64,000 nt of DNA from positions 6,331 to 70,330 of the forward strand of contig DLLG01000011.1 in the NCBI GenBank assembly GCA_002479075.1. Direction: 5' to 3'. Position 1 is the first letter of the stretch, and each line of letters begins with the position of its first letter. Below, in pieces: positions 55,046 through 64,000 of the stretch. The DNA comes from Clostridiales bacterium UBA7568 (GTDB lineage: Bacteria; Bacillota; Clostridia; Oscillospirales; CAG-272). The position numbers and the translations under genes are program-made. Under the pieces are notes generated by a model. The model was given only the letters and a program-made list of their open reading frames with translations. It searched no databases and was not told where the DNA came from.

Positions 55046-56152
55046 ATGCGTAATAAAATAATTACTTCTGTTTTTTGTCTGCTTCTGGCTGTCGGCGTTA
55101 TATCCGGCTTTCTTGTGCCGGACAAGTATTATTCCGAAAGCGAAAAGCGAACGCTGACGCAGAAAAACGCGATCTCTATCTCTGATTTTCCGAGCGGAAA
55201 AATGGGAACGGAAATCGAAAAATACCTTGCGGATCAGTTTCCCCTGCGGGACGGTTGGATCACAATAAAAACCCTGACAGAACGGTTCAGCGGAAAAACG
55301 CAGATTTCCGGCGTCTATTTCGGCAAGGGCGGTTACCTGATCGATGCCTTTACCGGATACAGCCAAAAACAATTCTATGCCAACATCGAAGCTCTTGCAA
55401 AATTATCCGACTCCCTGAAAGCCGCCGGCATTCCGACGCAGGTGATGCTCGTGCCGACATCGGCACAGATCCTTTCCGACAAGCTGCCCGCCTATGCGCC
55501 CGGCCTTGACCAAAAGGCATTTCTTGAATACGCAAAGGCGCAGGGACTGGACACCGTTAATGTGTTTGATATTCTTTCGGCGCACAAAAGCGAATATATC
55601 TATTATAAAACCGACCACCATTTCACAAGCCTCGGAGCATACTACTGCTATGTCGCCTGGATGCAGTCGCAGGGAAAGACGGCTGAGCCGCTTTCCGCCT
55701 GGCACAGCAAGGAGCTATGCGACAATTTCCGCGGTACAACGTACAATAAGGTCAATTATCCCTTCGCCGCAACAGATGTCATCACAGCCTATTATAAAAC
55801 TCTGACGCATACCGTAAGCTACAACGGCGGAAACTATGTAACAGACAGTATTTACGAGTTCAAATATCTGAAAGGAAAAGACCAGTATGCCGCTTTTCTG
55901 AATTCCAACCAGTCTACAACCGTTGTTTCCGGCAACGGCGAAGGCAAGCTGCTGATCCTGAAGGACTCCTATGCCAACTGTTTTTCGCAGTTTGCAATTG
56001 ACGACTATGCCGAAACGCATCTGATCGACCTTCGCTTTTTCAAGGGATCTGTTGAAGATTATATCGAGGAAAACGGTATCACGCAGGTGCTTGTGCTTTA
56101 TAATATTCCGAACTTTGCGCAGGATACGGCTATCGCCAATGCGATAAAATAA
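55046..56152 (+). CDS. DHHW-family (AlgX/AlgJ-like) protein
   Basis: 368 aa with an N-terminal anchor and YYKTDHHFTSLGAY (a DHHW-type motif with F in place of W). Confidence 0.7.
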   Translation: MRNKIITSVFCLLLAVGVISGFLVPDKYYSESEKRTLTQKNAISISDFPSGKMGTEIEKYLADQFPLRDGWITIKTLTERFSGKTQISGVYFGKGGYLIDAFTGYSQKQFYANIEALAKLSDSLKAAGIPTQVMLVPTSAQILSDKLPAYAPGLDQKAFLEYAKAQGLDTVNVFDILSAHKSEYIYYKTDHHFTSLGAYYCYVAWMQSQGKTAEPLSAWHSKELCDNFRGTTYNKVNYPFAATDVITAYYKTLTHTVSYNGGNYVTDSIYEFKYLKGKDQYAAFLNSNQSTTVVSGNGEGKLLILKDSYANCFSQFAIDDYAETHLIDLRFFKGSVEDYIEENGITQVLVLYNIPNFAQDTAIANAIK

Positions 56153-56250
56153 AAAAGCATATTTCGGAAAGCACCCATTTAAAGCATTCTCCTTCCCCCC
56201 AAAAAACAAAAGGCGCACAAAATGCGCCTTTTGTTTTTCTTTATGGCTCT

Positions 56251-56418
56251 TTAAAAGATCAAAAGCAATGCGCACGCAACCGCAACGGCTCCGCCGATTG
56301 CGCTGACAACAGAATAAATCTTTTTCGATTCCGGATCTTGTTTCTCTTTTACCAGGTAATAAATGCCCGCGCAGAGAACAAGAACGCCGATGATAAGACC
56401 GATAATTTTGATTGCCAT
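56251..56418 (-). CDS. Small two-TM membrane protein translationally coupled to the P-type ATPase
   Basis: ATG at 56418 follows GGAGGAAG and shares one nt with the ATPase TAA (TAATG). It reads MAIKIIGLIIGVLVLCAGIYYLVKEKQDPESKKIYSVVSAIGGAVAVACALLLIF. Confidence 0.5.
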   Translation of the reverse strand: MAIKIIGLIIGVLVLCAGIYYLVKEKQDPESKKIYSVVSAIGGAVAVACALLLIF

Positions 56419-58289
56419 TATTTCTTCCTCCATTTCAATAAGAATGCCGAGTTTGTTATAACAAGCACCGAGCCCGCATTATGTACAAGCGCTCCGACAA
56501 CGGGATTCAGCGTTCCGATGATCGCCAAAGCGATTGCAACAAAATTCAGCGTCATCGAGAAAATCATATTGAGCCTGACCGTTGTCATCATCCGTTTCGA
56601 GAGCGCAAAAAGATGCGGAAGCTCTTTGACTTCATCATCAACAAGCGCAATATCCGCCGCATCGACGGCAATATCGCTACCGACACCGCCCATAGCGATG
56701 CCGACATCCGCTTTTTTCAGCGCCGGCGCATCGTTTACTCCGTCGCCTATCATACAGACAGGCATATTTTTTCCCTGGTATTCGCCGATATATCTCAGCT
56801 TATCCTCCGGCAGGCAACCCGCCCTCACCTCGCCGATATGAAGTTCTCCGGCAATCGTTTCTGCGGCATTTTCGTTGTCGCCCGTGAGAAGAACGGGCTG
56901 TATGCCCAGTTCCGAAAGAGATGAAATCGTTTTTGCGCTTTCCTTTCGCAGAGTGTCCGCCAAGGCAATAAATCCGGTGAACACGCCGTTTATCGCAACG
57001 TAAATTACCGTGCAGCCCTTGCGCAGATAATCCTCGGCATTGCTCGGCGGCGTCATATCTATACCGTGTCCGGAAAGCAGTTCGCAGTTGCCCGCAAGAA
57101 TGTTCTTTCCGCCAACAGCAGCGCATACTCCGCGTCCGGGAATCATCACGAAATCCGTCGTCTCTGCAAGCGCGGCACCAGTCTTTTTGTAGCAACGGAC
57201 AATCGCCTTCCCCAAAGGATGCTCCGAAAGCTGCTCTGCGGAAGCCGCCAGACGATATATCTCGTCTTTATCAAACTCCGCCGAAACGCTCTCTGTCGCA
57301 ACGACCTCCGGTATTCCGCAGGTCAGAGTGCCCGTCTTATCAAACGCAATGACCTTTGCTTTTGACAGCCGCTCAAGAGCGTCGCCCTCGCGGACAAGGA
57401 AGCCGTGTTTCGTTGCGTTTCCGATAGCAGCCATAATCGCCGTCGGCGTCGCAAGCACCAATGCGCAGGGGCAGAACACAACAAGGATCGTAACGGCGCG
57501 GATGATCTGCCCGGTGATAAGCCAGGTCAGCCCGGCGGCGGAAAGCGCAATCACAACAATCCAGGTCGCCCATCTGTCGGCAAGACCGACGATCTTTGCT
57601 TTTCCCGCATCTGCCGACTGCACAAGCCGTATCATACGCTGAATCGAGCTGTCCTCGCCGACTTTTGTTGCCTTCATTTCAAATGCTCCGAATTGATTGA
57701 CAGTTCCGCTTGACACCGTATCTCCGACGGTCTTGTCAACCGGCAGCGATTCGCCGGTCATAACCGCCTGATTTACAGAGGTCTGCCCCGAGACGATCAC
57801 CCCGTCAACAGGAACGCTTTCTCCCGGCAGCACACGGATGCGATCACCGACTTTTACCTGTTCTGCGGGAACGATCTCCTCCCTTCCGTCGCGCAAAATT
57901 CTTGCCGTCTGCGGCGTCAGGTGCACCAGCTTTTCAATTCCGGCGCGCGCCCTGGCAACCGTCAGCTCCTCCAGCAAGGCGCCGAGCTGCATAATGACCG
58001 CAACCTCGCCCGCCGCGAAATCCTCACCGATACAGACGGATGCGATCAGGGCAAGAGACACAAGCACGTCCGCTTTGATGTCAAATGCGGTCACGAGACC
58101 TATAATCGCCTCCAGAACAATCGGCACGCCGCAAAGGATGATTGCGATCCAAGCCATATCAAACGGAAGCGGTTGAAATTTAAAAAGGCTGCATATAACC
58201 GCGGCTCCCGAAATCACAAGCAGGACAATATCCTTTTTAATTCCGCCGAGCGAAAGCAGTCGCTCCAGTTTTTTCATAATTCGTTTCAT
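56418..58289 (-). CDS. Heavy-metal-translocating P1B-type ATPase (no obvious N-terminal HMA domain)
   Basis: ATG at 58289 follows AAGGAG. Motifs are CPC (VFCPCALVLATP), DKTGTLT, TGDN and GDGVNDAPAL. Confidence 0.9.
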   Translation of the reverse strand: MKRIMKKLERLLSLGGIKKDIVLLVISGAAVICSLFKFQPLPFDMAWIAIILCGVPIVLEAIIGLVTAFDIKADVLVSLALIASVCIGEDFAAGEVAVIMQLGALLEELTVARARAGIEKLVHLTPQTARILRDGREEIVPAEQVKVGDRIRVLPGESVPVDGVIVSGQTSVNQAVMTGESLPVDKTVGDTVSSGTVNQFGAFEMKATKVGEDSSIQRMIRLVQSADAGKAKIVGLADRWATWIVVIALSAAGLTWLITGQIIRAVTILVVFCPCALVLATPTAIMAAIGNATKHGFLVREGDALERLSKAKVIAFDKTGTLTCGIPEVVATESVSAEFDKDEIYRLAASAEQLSEHPLGKAIVRCYKKTGAALAETTDFVMIPGRGVCAAVGGKNILAGNCELLSGHGIDMTPPSNAEDYLRKGCTVIYVAINGVFTGFIALADTLRKESAKTISSLSELGIQPVLLTGDNENAAETIAGELHIGEVRAGCLPEDKLRYIGEYQGKNMPVCMIGDGVNDAPALKKADVGIAMGGVGSDIAVDAADIALVDDEVKELPHLFALSKRMMTTVRLNMIFSMTLNFVAIALAIIGTLNPVVGALVHNAGSVLVITNSAFLLKWRKK

Positions 58290-58304
58290 AAGCAAAACTC
58301 CTTT

Positions 58305-58345
58305 ATACCTTAGGGGGTATATGTATATTATACCCAGGTGGGTAT
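58305..58345. promoter_or_regulatory. Two CsoR-type operator-like palindromes upstream of the ATPase
   Basis: ATACCttagggGGTAT (58305-58320) and ATACCCaggtGGGTAT (58330-58345). Confidence 0.55.
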
Positions 58346-58406
58346 ATGTTGTCAATAGAAAAAACAAAAAAGACGGCAAAAAAGCCGTCTTTTTTCAGAA
58401 AGTGTC

Positions 58407-58688
58407 TTATTGCATATTGGCAAAGCGCTCGACAGCCTTTGTAAAGCTCTCGATGGTTTTGTCTGCGTCGCCGTGCTCAATACCGTCGCGCACGCAATGC
58501 CTGATGTGTCCCTCAAGCACAACTTTTCCGCAACCATTGAGCGCAGATTTTGCCGCATTGATCTGCGAAAGAATATCCTCACAGGGAATATCTTCATCGA
58601 CCATCCTGTCAATAGCCTGGATCTGACCGATGATCTTTTTCAGCCTGCGGTGCAGGTTTTCGGAATCCATACATTGTTTCACTATCAT
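58407..58688 (-). CDS. CsoR/RcnR-family (DUF156) metal-sensing repressor
   Basis: ATG at 58688 follows GGAGGT. It reads LHRRLKKIIGQIQAIDRMVDEDIPCEDILSQINAAKSAL...HIRHC, with the family C-H-C ligand pattern. Confidence 0.88.
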   Translation of the reverse strand: MIVKQCMDSENLHRRLKKIIGQIQAIDRMVDEDIPCEDILSQINAAKSALNGCGKVVLEGHIRHCVRDGIEHGDADKTIESFTKAVERFANMQ

Positions 58689-58696
58689 TACCTCCG

Positions 58697-58712
58697 ATAC
58701 CATTAGGGGTAT
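58697..58712. promoter_or_regulatory. CsoR-type operator-like palindrome upstream of the repressor gene
   Basis: ATACCattaggGGTAT has the same ATACC-n6-GGTAT architecture as the site at 58305. Confidence 0.5.
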
Positions 58713-58823
58713 GAGCAAATTGTAGCATAAAAGCGCGGCGCTGTCAAGATAAACTCTCTTTGAACGGTACACGCCGAAGGCGATGGACACATTGCATTTT
58801 TTCTCTTTCTGCTCCGCCGGTTT

Positions 58824-60254
58824 TCATATGACAGAATCTGCGGAGGTTTTCGGTTCGGACTGCGCCGCCCGGCTTAATTGCCGATACGTCTTCGAAATGA
58901 TGACCGCGGATATGACCGCCGTCAGAATATCGGAGGCGGGCATTGAATAAAGAACGCCGTCCAGCCCGAAAAATAGTGGCAGGAGCAACGCAAGCCCGAC
59001 GCCAAACACAATCTCGCGAACCATCGAAAGCAGCGTTGATTCGACGGCTTTTCCCATTGCCTGGAGGAAGATGAACGTCGCTTTATTGACGCAGGCAAGT
59101 ATCATCATACAAAGATAAACACGGAATGCCCGAACTGCAAACTCCGTATAGTATATGCTCTCGTTTTTTGCCCCGAAAATGCCGATGAGCGCATTCGGGA
59201 AAAATTCAACGATTACAAGCGCAACGGCACCGAGCACGGCTTCGGAAACGAGGAGCGTTGTAAACAGCTTTTTCACCCGCTCAGGACGCTTCGCGCCCAT
59301 ATTGAAACCGACAATCGGAATACACCCCGCCGCCATACCGATGACAACCGAAATCACAATCTGGAAAAACTTCATCACAATTCCGACAACAGCCATCGGT
59401 ATCTGCGCATACTGCTCCTGCCCGAAAACAGGATCCTGCGCACCGTATTTGCGGAGCATATTATTGATTGCCGCCATTGCCGCAACAAGCGAGATCTGCG
59501 CAAGAAAGCTGCAAAGCCCGAGCGAAACAATCCTCCCGATGACGCTCTTTTTTGGAGCAAACGATGCCTTGTCGAGCTTTATGCTCTTTGTGCGGAACAG
59601 ATACAGAATTGCCAGAACCGCCGTCAGCACCTGACCGATAACCGTTGCAACGGCAGCGCCCATCATACCCCATCTGAAAACGAAAATGAAGATCGGATCA
59701 AGTATAACGTTTGCGAGCGCGCCGGCAAGCGTTGAGACCATTGCGAATTTCGGGCTTCCGTCCGCACGGATGACAGGATTCATTGCCTGCCCAAACATAT
59801 AAAACGGGATTCCGAGCGTGATATAAAAGAAATACTCCTTTGAAAACTCAAAAGTCTCTGCATTGACGCGACCGCCGAAAACAGTAATCAATTCGTCGTC
59901 AAAAACAAGGTAAAGGGCCGTCAGAACACAGCCCGCGGCAACAGTCAGAAGAATCGCATTGCCGACGGAATGTTTTGCCTCATCTCTTTTCCCCTCCCCG
60001 AGGAGCCCGCTGACCATAGCACAGCAACCGTCGCCAAAGCAAACCGCGATACCGAGCGCAATAACCGTCAGCGGAAAAACTACCGTGTTTGCGGCGTTCC
60101 CGTATGAGCCGAGATAGCTTGCGTTTGCGATAAAAATCTGATCGACAATGTTATAAAGCGCTCCGACAAGCAGGGAAATAACGCAGGGAACGGCGTACTT
60201 TTGCATAAGCCTTCCGACGTTTTCCGTGGCGAGGAAATTTTGTGATCGTTCCAT
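58824..60254 (-). CDS. MATE-family efflux transporter
   Basis: 476 aa with 12 TM helices and N-terminus LMQKYAVPCVISLLVGALYNIVDQIFI. Confidence 0.88.
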   Translation of the reverse strand: MERSQNFLATENVGRLMQKYAVPCVISLLVGALYNIVDQIFIANASYLGSYGNAANTVVFPLTVIALGIAVCFGDGCCAMVSGLLGEGKRDEAKHSVGNAILLTVAAGCVLTALYLVFDDELITVFGGRVNAETFEFSKEYFFYITLGIPFYMFGQAMNPVIRADGSPKFAMVSTLAGALANVILDPIFIFVFRWGMMGAAVATVIGQVLTAVLAILYLFRTKSIKLDKASFAPKKSVIGRIVSLGLCSFLAQISLVAAMAAINNMLRKYGAQDPVFGQEQYAQIPMAVVGIVMKFFQIVISVVIGMAAGCIPIVGFNMGAKRPERVKKLFTTLLVSEAVLGAVALVIVEFFPNALIGIFGAKNESIYYTEFAVRAFRVYLCMMILACVNKATFIFLQAMGKAVESTLLSMVREIVFGVGLALLLPLFFGLDGVLYSMPASDILTAVISAVIISKTYRQLSRAAQSEPKTSADSVI

Positions 60255-60508
60255 ATATGATACCTCCGTAAAAAAATAATGCGCAAGCCCGACGTCCGGA
60301 CTTACGCATTTCTGCTACGCAACTGTTTTATTATAGCATTTTCAAAAGGAAATTTCAAAGGGCATTTTCAATAAAAATTCCCGCAATTCAGCAGGCAAAA
60401 AGCAAGAAATTTTTACAACAGAGGAGTTTTTCCAGTTTGCAGACATTGCCGGGGCGGGGCTCACTCATCCGCCGTTTTTATTCCCATAACATTTTCCCCA
60501 TATCCCCC

Positions 60509-60537
60509 TTGACTTTCCCTCCGCGTTATGATATAAT
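60509..60537 (+). promoter_or_regulatory. pnuC promoter
   Basis: TTGACT (60509-60514), 17-nt spacer, TATAAT (60532-60537) with a TGa extended -10. Confidence 0.6.
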
Positions 60538-60652
60538 GCCTGAAGCTGAATATGAATCTGCCACCGGGCAGAGGCAGTGCATTATGCGCTCGCAAACACA
60601 TCGTTAGGTCTTTGAAGATGTGTTTACGGGTGCGTTTTTTTTGGAGGTTTTT
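60538..60652 (+). promoter_or_regulatory. Structured pnuC 5' leader (riboswitch or attenuator candidate)
   Basis: About 115 nt. The hairpin AAACACATC-n14-GATGTGTTT is followed by acgggtgcgTTTTTTTT immediately before the GGAGG RBS, which looks like a terminator. Confidence 0.35.
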
Positions 60653-61363
60653 ATGATAAAAAGACTTTTTGGCTACTTTTCAAAGGGGGAGCTGCTTTTA
60701 TGGAGCTTTTCCGTCACACTCATTCTGGCGTCGTTCGGCATTTTCGGCGGGAACGGCGCGCTGACGCTTATAGCGTCGCTCGTCGGCGTGACGTCAATCC
60801 TCATAAACGCAAAAGGAAACCCCATAGGGCAGCTGCTGATGATCGTTTTCAGCCTACTTTACGGGATAATTTCCTATTCCTTTTCCTACTACGGAGAAAT
60901 GCTCACATATCTCGGAATGACAATGCCGGCATCTGTGTTTTCCCTCATATCCTGGCTCAGACACCCATACAAGGGCAAGCGCTCGGAGGTTCGGGTCAAC
61001 TCAATATCCGCCCTTGAAGCGACGGTTATGTTTTTTGCCGCCGCAGCGGTTACTGCCGGATTTTATTTCATCCTGAAATTCTTCAACACGGCAAATATCG
61101 TTCCGAGCACGATTTCCGTAACGACAAGTTTTCTCGCCGTTTATCTTACTTTCCGAAGAAGCCCCTATTTCAGCCTTGCATATGCGGCAAACGACATTGT
61201 TTTAATCGTTCTCTGGACGCTGGCAAGCCTTGATGACAGTCGTTATATCTCCGTAACCGTTTGCTTTTCGGCATTCCTGATAAACGATATATACGGGTTT
61301 ATCGGCTGGAAAAGGCTGAAAGCAAAACAAGCCGAAACGGCGGCTCCGAAATCCGTATTATAA
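60653..61363 (+). CDS. pnuC: Nicotinamide riboside transporter PnuC family
   Basis: ATG at 60653 follows GGAGG. It is 236 aa with 7 TM helices and a PnuC-like pattern (SILINAKGNPIGQ, WLRHPY). Confidence 0.7.
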   Translation: MIKRLFGYFSKGELLLWSFSVTLILASFGIFGGNGALTLIASLVGVTSILINAKGNPIGQLLMIVFSLLYGIISYSFSYYGEMLTYLGMTMPASVFSLISWLRHPYKGKRSEVRVNSISALEATVMFFAAAAVTAGFYFILKFFNTANIVPSTISVTTSFLAVYLTFRRSPYFSLAYAANDIVLIVLWTLASLDDSRYISVTVCFSAFLINDIYGFIGWKRLKAKQAETAAPKSVL

Positions 61364-61588
61364 GGAACGCCGCATACTCCCCGCTTTCTGCTTTGCCGGA
61401 GACTGCGGCAAACGTAGCTTTTAAAAATGCGCAAAAACCGGGTCGCACGGGGCTTGCGTATTTTTTCTTTCCGACGGCCTTTGTATTTTGAAAAAAATTC
61501 TTCCCGCAGTTGACATCACAGCATAAATATTATATAATTATATTATTATATTATGGGTCATTGCGAAGGTTCGCAGAAAGGACATAAA

Positions 61589-62473
61589 ATGATAAGAAGT
61601 ATGACAGCTTACGGACGCGCCAAAAGCGAAACCCCCGAGCGCAGCGTTCTTGTTGAGATAAAGTCGGTCAACAACCGCTATCTCGACTGCACAATCAAGA
61701 TTCCCCGCCTTTTCGGATTTCTTGAGGACAAAATCAAAGCCCGCCTCACGGAAAGAGGCATTTCAAGAGGAAAAATCGATGTTTTCGTTACGATTGACAT
61801 TCTCGAAAATCCGGGAATAGAAGTCGAACTGGACAGGGCTTATGTAAAGAGCTATATCGATGCGCTCCGTCGTCTTTCGGATGAGTTCGGGCTCCCCTGC
61901 GACATTTCAACGATGCGCATTGCCCAGAACAGAGACATTTTCACCGTCAAAAAGGCGGATGAGGATATCGATGCGGAATGGCAGAAGCTGCTCCCCGTTC
62001 TGGACGAGGCGATCGACGCTTTCCTTGCCGCAAGAGAGACCGAAGGCGCAAATATGAAAGCGGACATAGTTGAAAAGCGCAACAGGGTTGAGGTTCTTGC
62101 AAAAAAGATTGCTCCGCTCTCCGAGGCAGACGTCAAGGGGCAGTTTGAAAGAGTCCGCAACCGCATCGCCCAGATAGCAGGGGACGGCATAAACTTTGAC
62201 GAGGGCAGACTGCTGACGGAATGTGCCCTTGCCGCAGACAAGCTGGCGATCGACGAAGAGCTCGTCCGTCTCGATTCGCATTTTGCCGCATTTGACGAGA
62301 TCGTTAAATCAGACGAGCCTGTCGGCAGGAAGCTGGATTTCCTGCTTCAGGAGATAAACAGAGAGACAAACACAATCGGCTCAAAGGCAAACAATGCGGA
62401 AATTGCAAAGCTCGTTGTTGAAATCAAGGCAGAGCTTGAAAAAATCCGCGAACAGATACAGAATATTGAATGA
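61589..62473 (+). CDS. yicC: YicC/YloC-family stress-induced protein
   Basis: ATG at 61589 gives MIRSMTAYGRA... The C-terminus is QEINRETNTIGSKAN. This is a classic YicC. Confidence 0.88.
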   Translation: MIRSMTAYGRAKSETPERSVLVEIKSVNNRYLDCTIKIPRLFGFLEDKIKARLTERGISRGKIDVFVTIDILENPGIEVELDRAYVKSYIDALRRLSDEFGLPCDISTMRIAQNRDIFTVKKADEDIDAEWQKLLPVLDEAIDAFLAARETEGANMKADIVEKRNRVEVLAKKIAPLSEADVKGQFERVRNRIAQIAGDGINFDEGRLLTECALAADKLAIDEELVRLDSHFAAFDEIVKSDEPVGRKLDFLLQEINRETNTIGSKANNAEIAKLVVEIKAELEKIREQIQNIE

Positions 62474-62500
62474 TTCCGAAAGGACGGCACAAATAATTTT

Positions 62501-62776
62501 ATGATGAAATTTATCAATATCGGCTTCGGAAATATGGTTGCGGCGCATAGAGTTGTCGCTGTTGTCAGCCCCGAATCCGCGCCGATAAAACGACTTGTTG
62601 CAGAGCAGAAGGAAGCGGGCGGACTTATCGACGTTTCCTGCGGCAGACGCACCCGCTCCGTTATAATTACGGACAGCGACCACGTTATCCTCTCCGCTCT
62701 CGCGGCGGAAACAATCTCCGGCAGACTTGAGGGTCTGTTTGAGCCGGATGACGAAGACGAGGATGACGACGAATGA
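62501..62776 (+). CDS. remA: RemA/YlzA (DUF370) regulator
   Basis: [30 protein letters not shown]...[20 protein letters not shown], followed by an acidic tail. Confidence 0.88.
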   Translation: MMKFINIGFGNMVAAHRVVAVVSPESAPIKRLVAEQKEAGGLIDVSCGRRTRSVIITDSDHVILSALAAETISGRLEGLFEPDDEDEDDDE

Positions 62777-63387
62777 GCGGCGGCAAGAGAGGATTGCTCT
62801 TCGTTATTTCCGGTCCCGCCGGCAGCGGAAAGAGCACTATAAACAAAAAGCTCGTCGAATCCGGAAAGTTTGAATTCTCCGTCTCCGCGACGACAAGAAA
62901 GCCGAGGGCGGGCGAGATCGACGGCGTGCATTATCATTTCATCTCACGCGAGGACTTTGAAAAAAAGATCGCGGCGGGAGAAATGCTCGAATATGCGGAA
63001 TATGTCGGCAATTTTTACGGAACGCCGAGAGCGGCTGTCGAAAGCTGTCTTGACGCGGGAAAAAACATCATCCTTGAAATTGAGGTTCAGGGTGCGGCGC
63101 AGGTAAAGGAAAAGATGCCCGAGGCTGTTATGGTTCTGATTCTCCCGCCGGACGCAAAAACGCTTGAAGAACGCCTGCGCGGCAGAGGAACGGAAACGGA
63201 TGAGATCATCCGGAGGAGGATGGAAGCATCAAAATATGAGCTCGAATATTTTTCAAACTACGATTACATCGTCATAAACGGACACGGTCAGTCGGACGAG
63301 GCGGCAGAGCTCATTTTGTCAATAGAAAAAGCGGAAAAGGCGCGCACCTTCCGCAATACCGAAATCAAAGAAAATTTTTATAATTAA
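62773..63387 (+). CDS. gmk: Guanylate kinase
   Basis: P-loop [30 protein letters not shown] and EIEVQGA. Confidence 0.95.
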   Translation: MSGGKRGLLFVISGPAGSGKSTINKKLVESGKFEFSVSATTRKPRAGEIDGVHYHFISREDFEKKIAAGEMLEYAEYVGNFYGTPRAAVESCLDAGKNIILEIEVQGAAQVKEKMPEAVMVLILPPDAKTLEERLRGRGTETDEIIRRRMEASKYELEYFSNYDYIVINGHGQSDEAAELILSIEKAEKARTFRNTEIKENFYN

Positions 63388-63404
63388 GCAGGAGATAAAA
63401 CGTT

Positions 63405-63695
63405 ATGATGATCAAGCCTTCAATCGACCAGCTCACAAAGGGCAAAATGAACCGCTATATGCTCGTTATGGCAACGGCAAAATGCGCAAGAATGGTAACG
63501 GATGAATACGTTGCGCAGAGAGAAAAAGCGGAAAAGATGATTGAAAGAAAAGAAACGGATAAAACTATCGCCGCGCTCATAAAGGGCGATGTCAGAGATA
63601 AGAAAGCCGTTGAAAACGCTGTTCAGCGTCTTTACAGCGGCGAATTCGAAGTCGTTGATCCCGAGGCGGACAAGGAAATTCACGACGACCTTTAA
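63405..63695 (+). CDS. rpoZ: DNA-directed RNA polymerase subunit omega
   Basis: PSIDQLTKGKMNRYMLVMATAKCARMV, in the gmk-rpoZ synteny. Confidence 0.85.
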   Translation: MMIKPSIDQLTKGKMNRYMLVMATAKCARMVTDEYVAQREKAEKMIERKETDKTIAALIKGDVRDKKAVENAVQRLYSGEFEVVDPEADKEIHDDL

Positions 63696-63701
63696 TCCGA
63701 A

Positions 63702-64000
63702 ATGAAGAAATATGACCGTGCCGTCGGCGTAAGACTTCTCGACCTCCCGTATCATCTGGACTCGGTTTTCACCTATTATATAAGCGATTCCGAGACGGAA
63801 GAGATCCGGCGGGGGATGTTTGTCATCGTTCCGTTCGGCGCGGGAAACAGAAAGCAGACGGGAATAATCGAAATCGGAGAACATTCCGAGGAGGGCGACG
63901 AGCTGCCGCTCAAGCCCGTCATATCTGTCATAAACCCGGAGCTTGCGCTGACAGAGGAGATGCTCGGAATGCTCGGATTCCTCCGCGAAAGAACCCTTTG
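63702..64000 (+). CDS. priA: Primosomal protein N' (PriA), N-terminal fragment running off the window
   Basis: Absent from the track because there is no stop. The ATG at 63702 gives MKKYDRAVGVRLLDLPYHLDSVFTYYISDSETEEIRRGMFVIVPFGAGNRKQTGII, a PriA 3'-DNA-binding-domain pattern. It occupies the position after rpoZ. Confidence 0.75.
   Translation, partial: MKKYDRAVGVRLLDLPYHLDSVFTYYISDSETEEIRRGMFVIVPFGAGNRKQTGIIEIGEHSEEGDELPLKPVISVINPELALTEEMLGMLGFLRERTL

Overview
This is a chromosomal segment from a spore-forming Firmicute of class Clostridia, judged from SpoVB-like, RemA, Mini-RNase III, RNase M5-like and YicC-RemA-Gmk-RpoZ-PriA synteny. I did not identify the species. The core genome lies at about 1-27.0 kb and 47.3-64 kb. 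It carries housekeeping genes (rpsO-pnp, glyA, lepA, hemW, holA, gmk-rpoZ-priA). It also carries a six-gene minus-strand operon that joins a sugar-type ABC importer to a secreted thermonuclease and a triple-repeat lipoprotein. Other core content: two ECF sigma/anti-sigma/lipoprotein modules (one next to MBOAT-DHHW acylation genes), a CsoR-type repressor with a P-type metal ATPase, two MATE exporters (one behind a frameshifted MarR) and pnuC. Between about 27.05 and 47.3 kb the sequence is visibly more AT-rich and is accessory. A 17.2-kb tyrosine-integrase element (27052-44246) sits inside the anticodon loop of a tRNA-Ser(CGA) gene, whose two halves now lie 17 kb apart. The element carries its own complete tRNA-Ser(CGA). 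Its cargo is a DUF234-type ATPase, a class-III-like Fic protein and a tightly packed seven-gene array: Vsr, m5C MTase, HpaII-like REase, a second m5C MTase, a ParB-like protein, an OLD-like ABC-ATPase/Toprim protein and a Dam-like MTase. The last three genes (38434-42384) match no named defence system I know and are my best candidate for an undescribed system. Downstream (44.3-47.3 kb) are an orphan AT-rich membrane-protein pair and mobile-element debris. A smaller oddity is a 1-kb XRE+SHOCT cassette flanked by two copies of the pnp 3' end and terminator. All calls come from reading the sequence and ORF track by eye. No database search was run.
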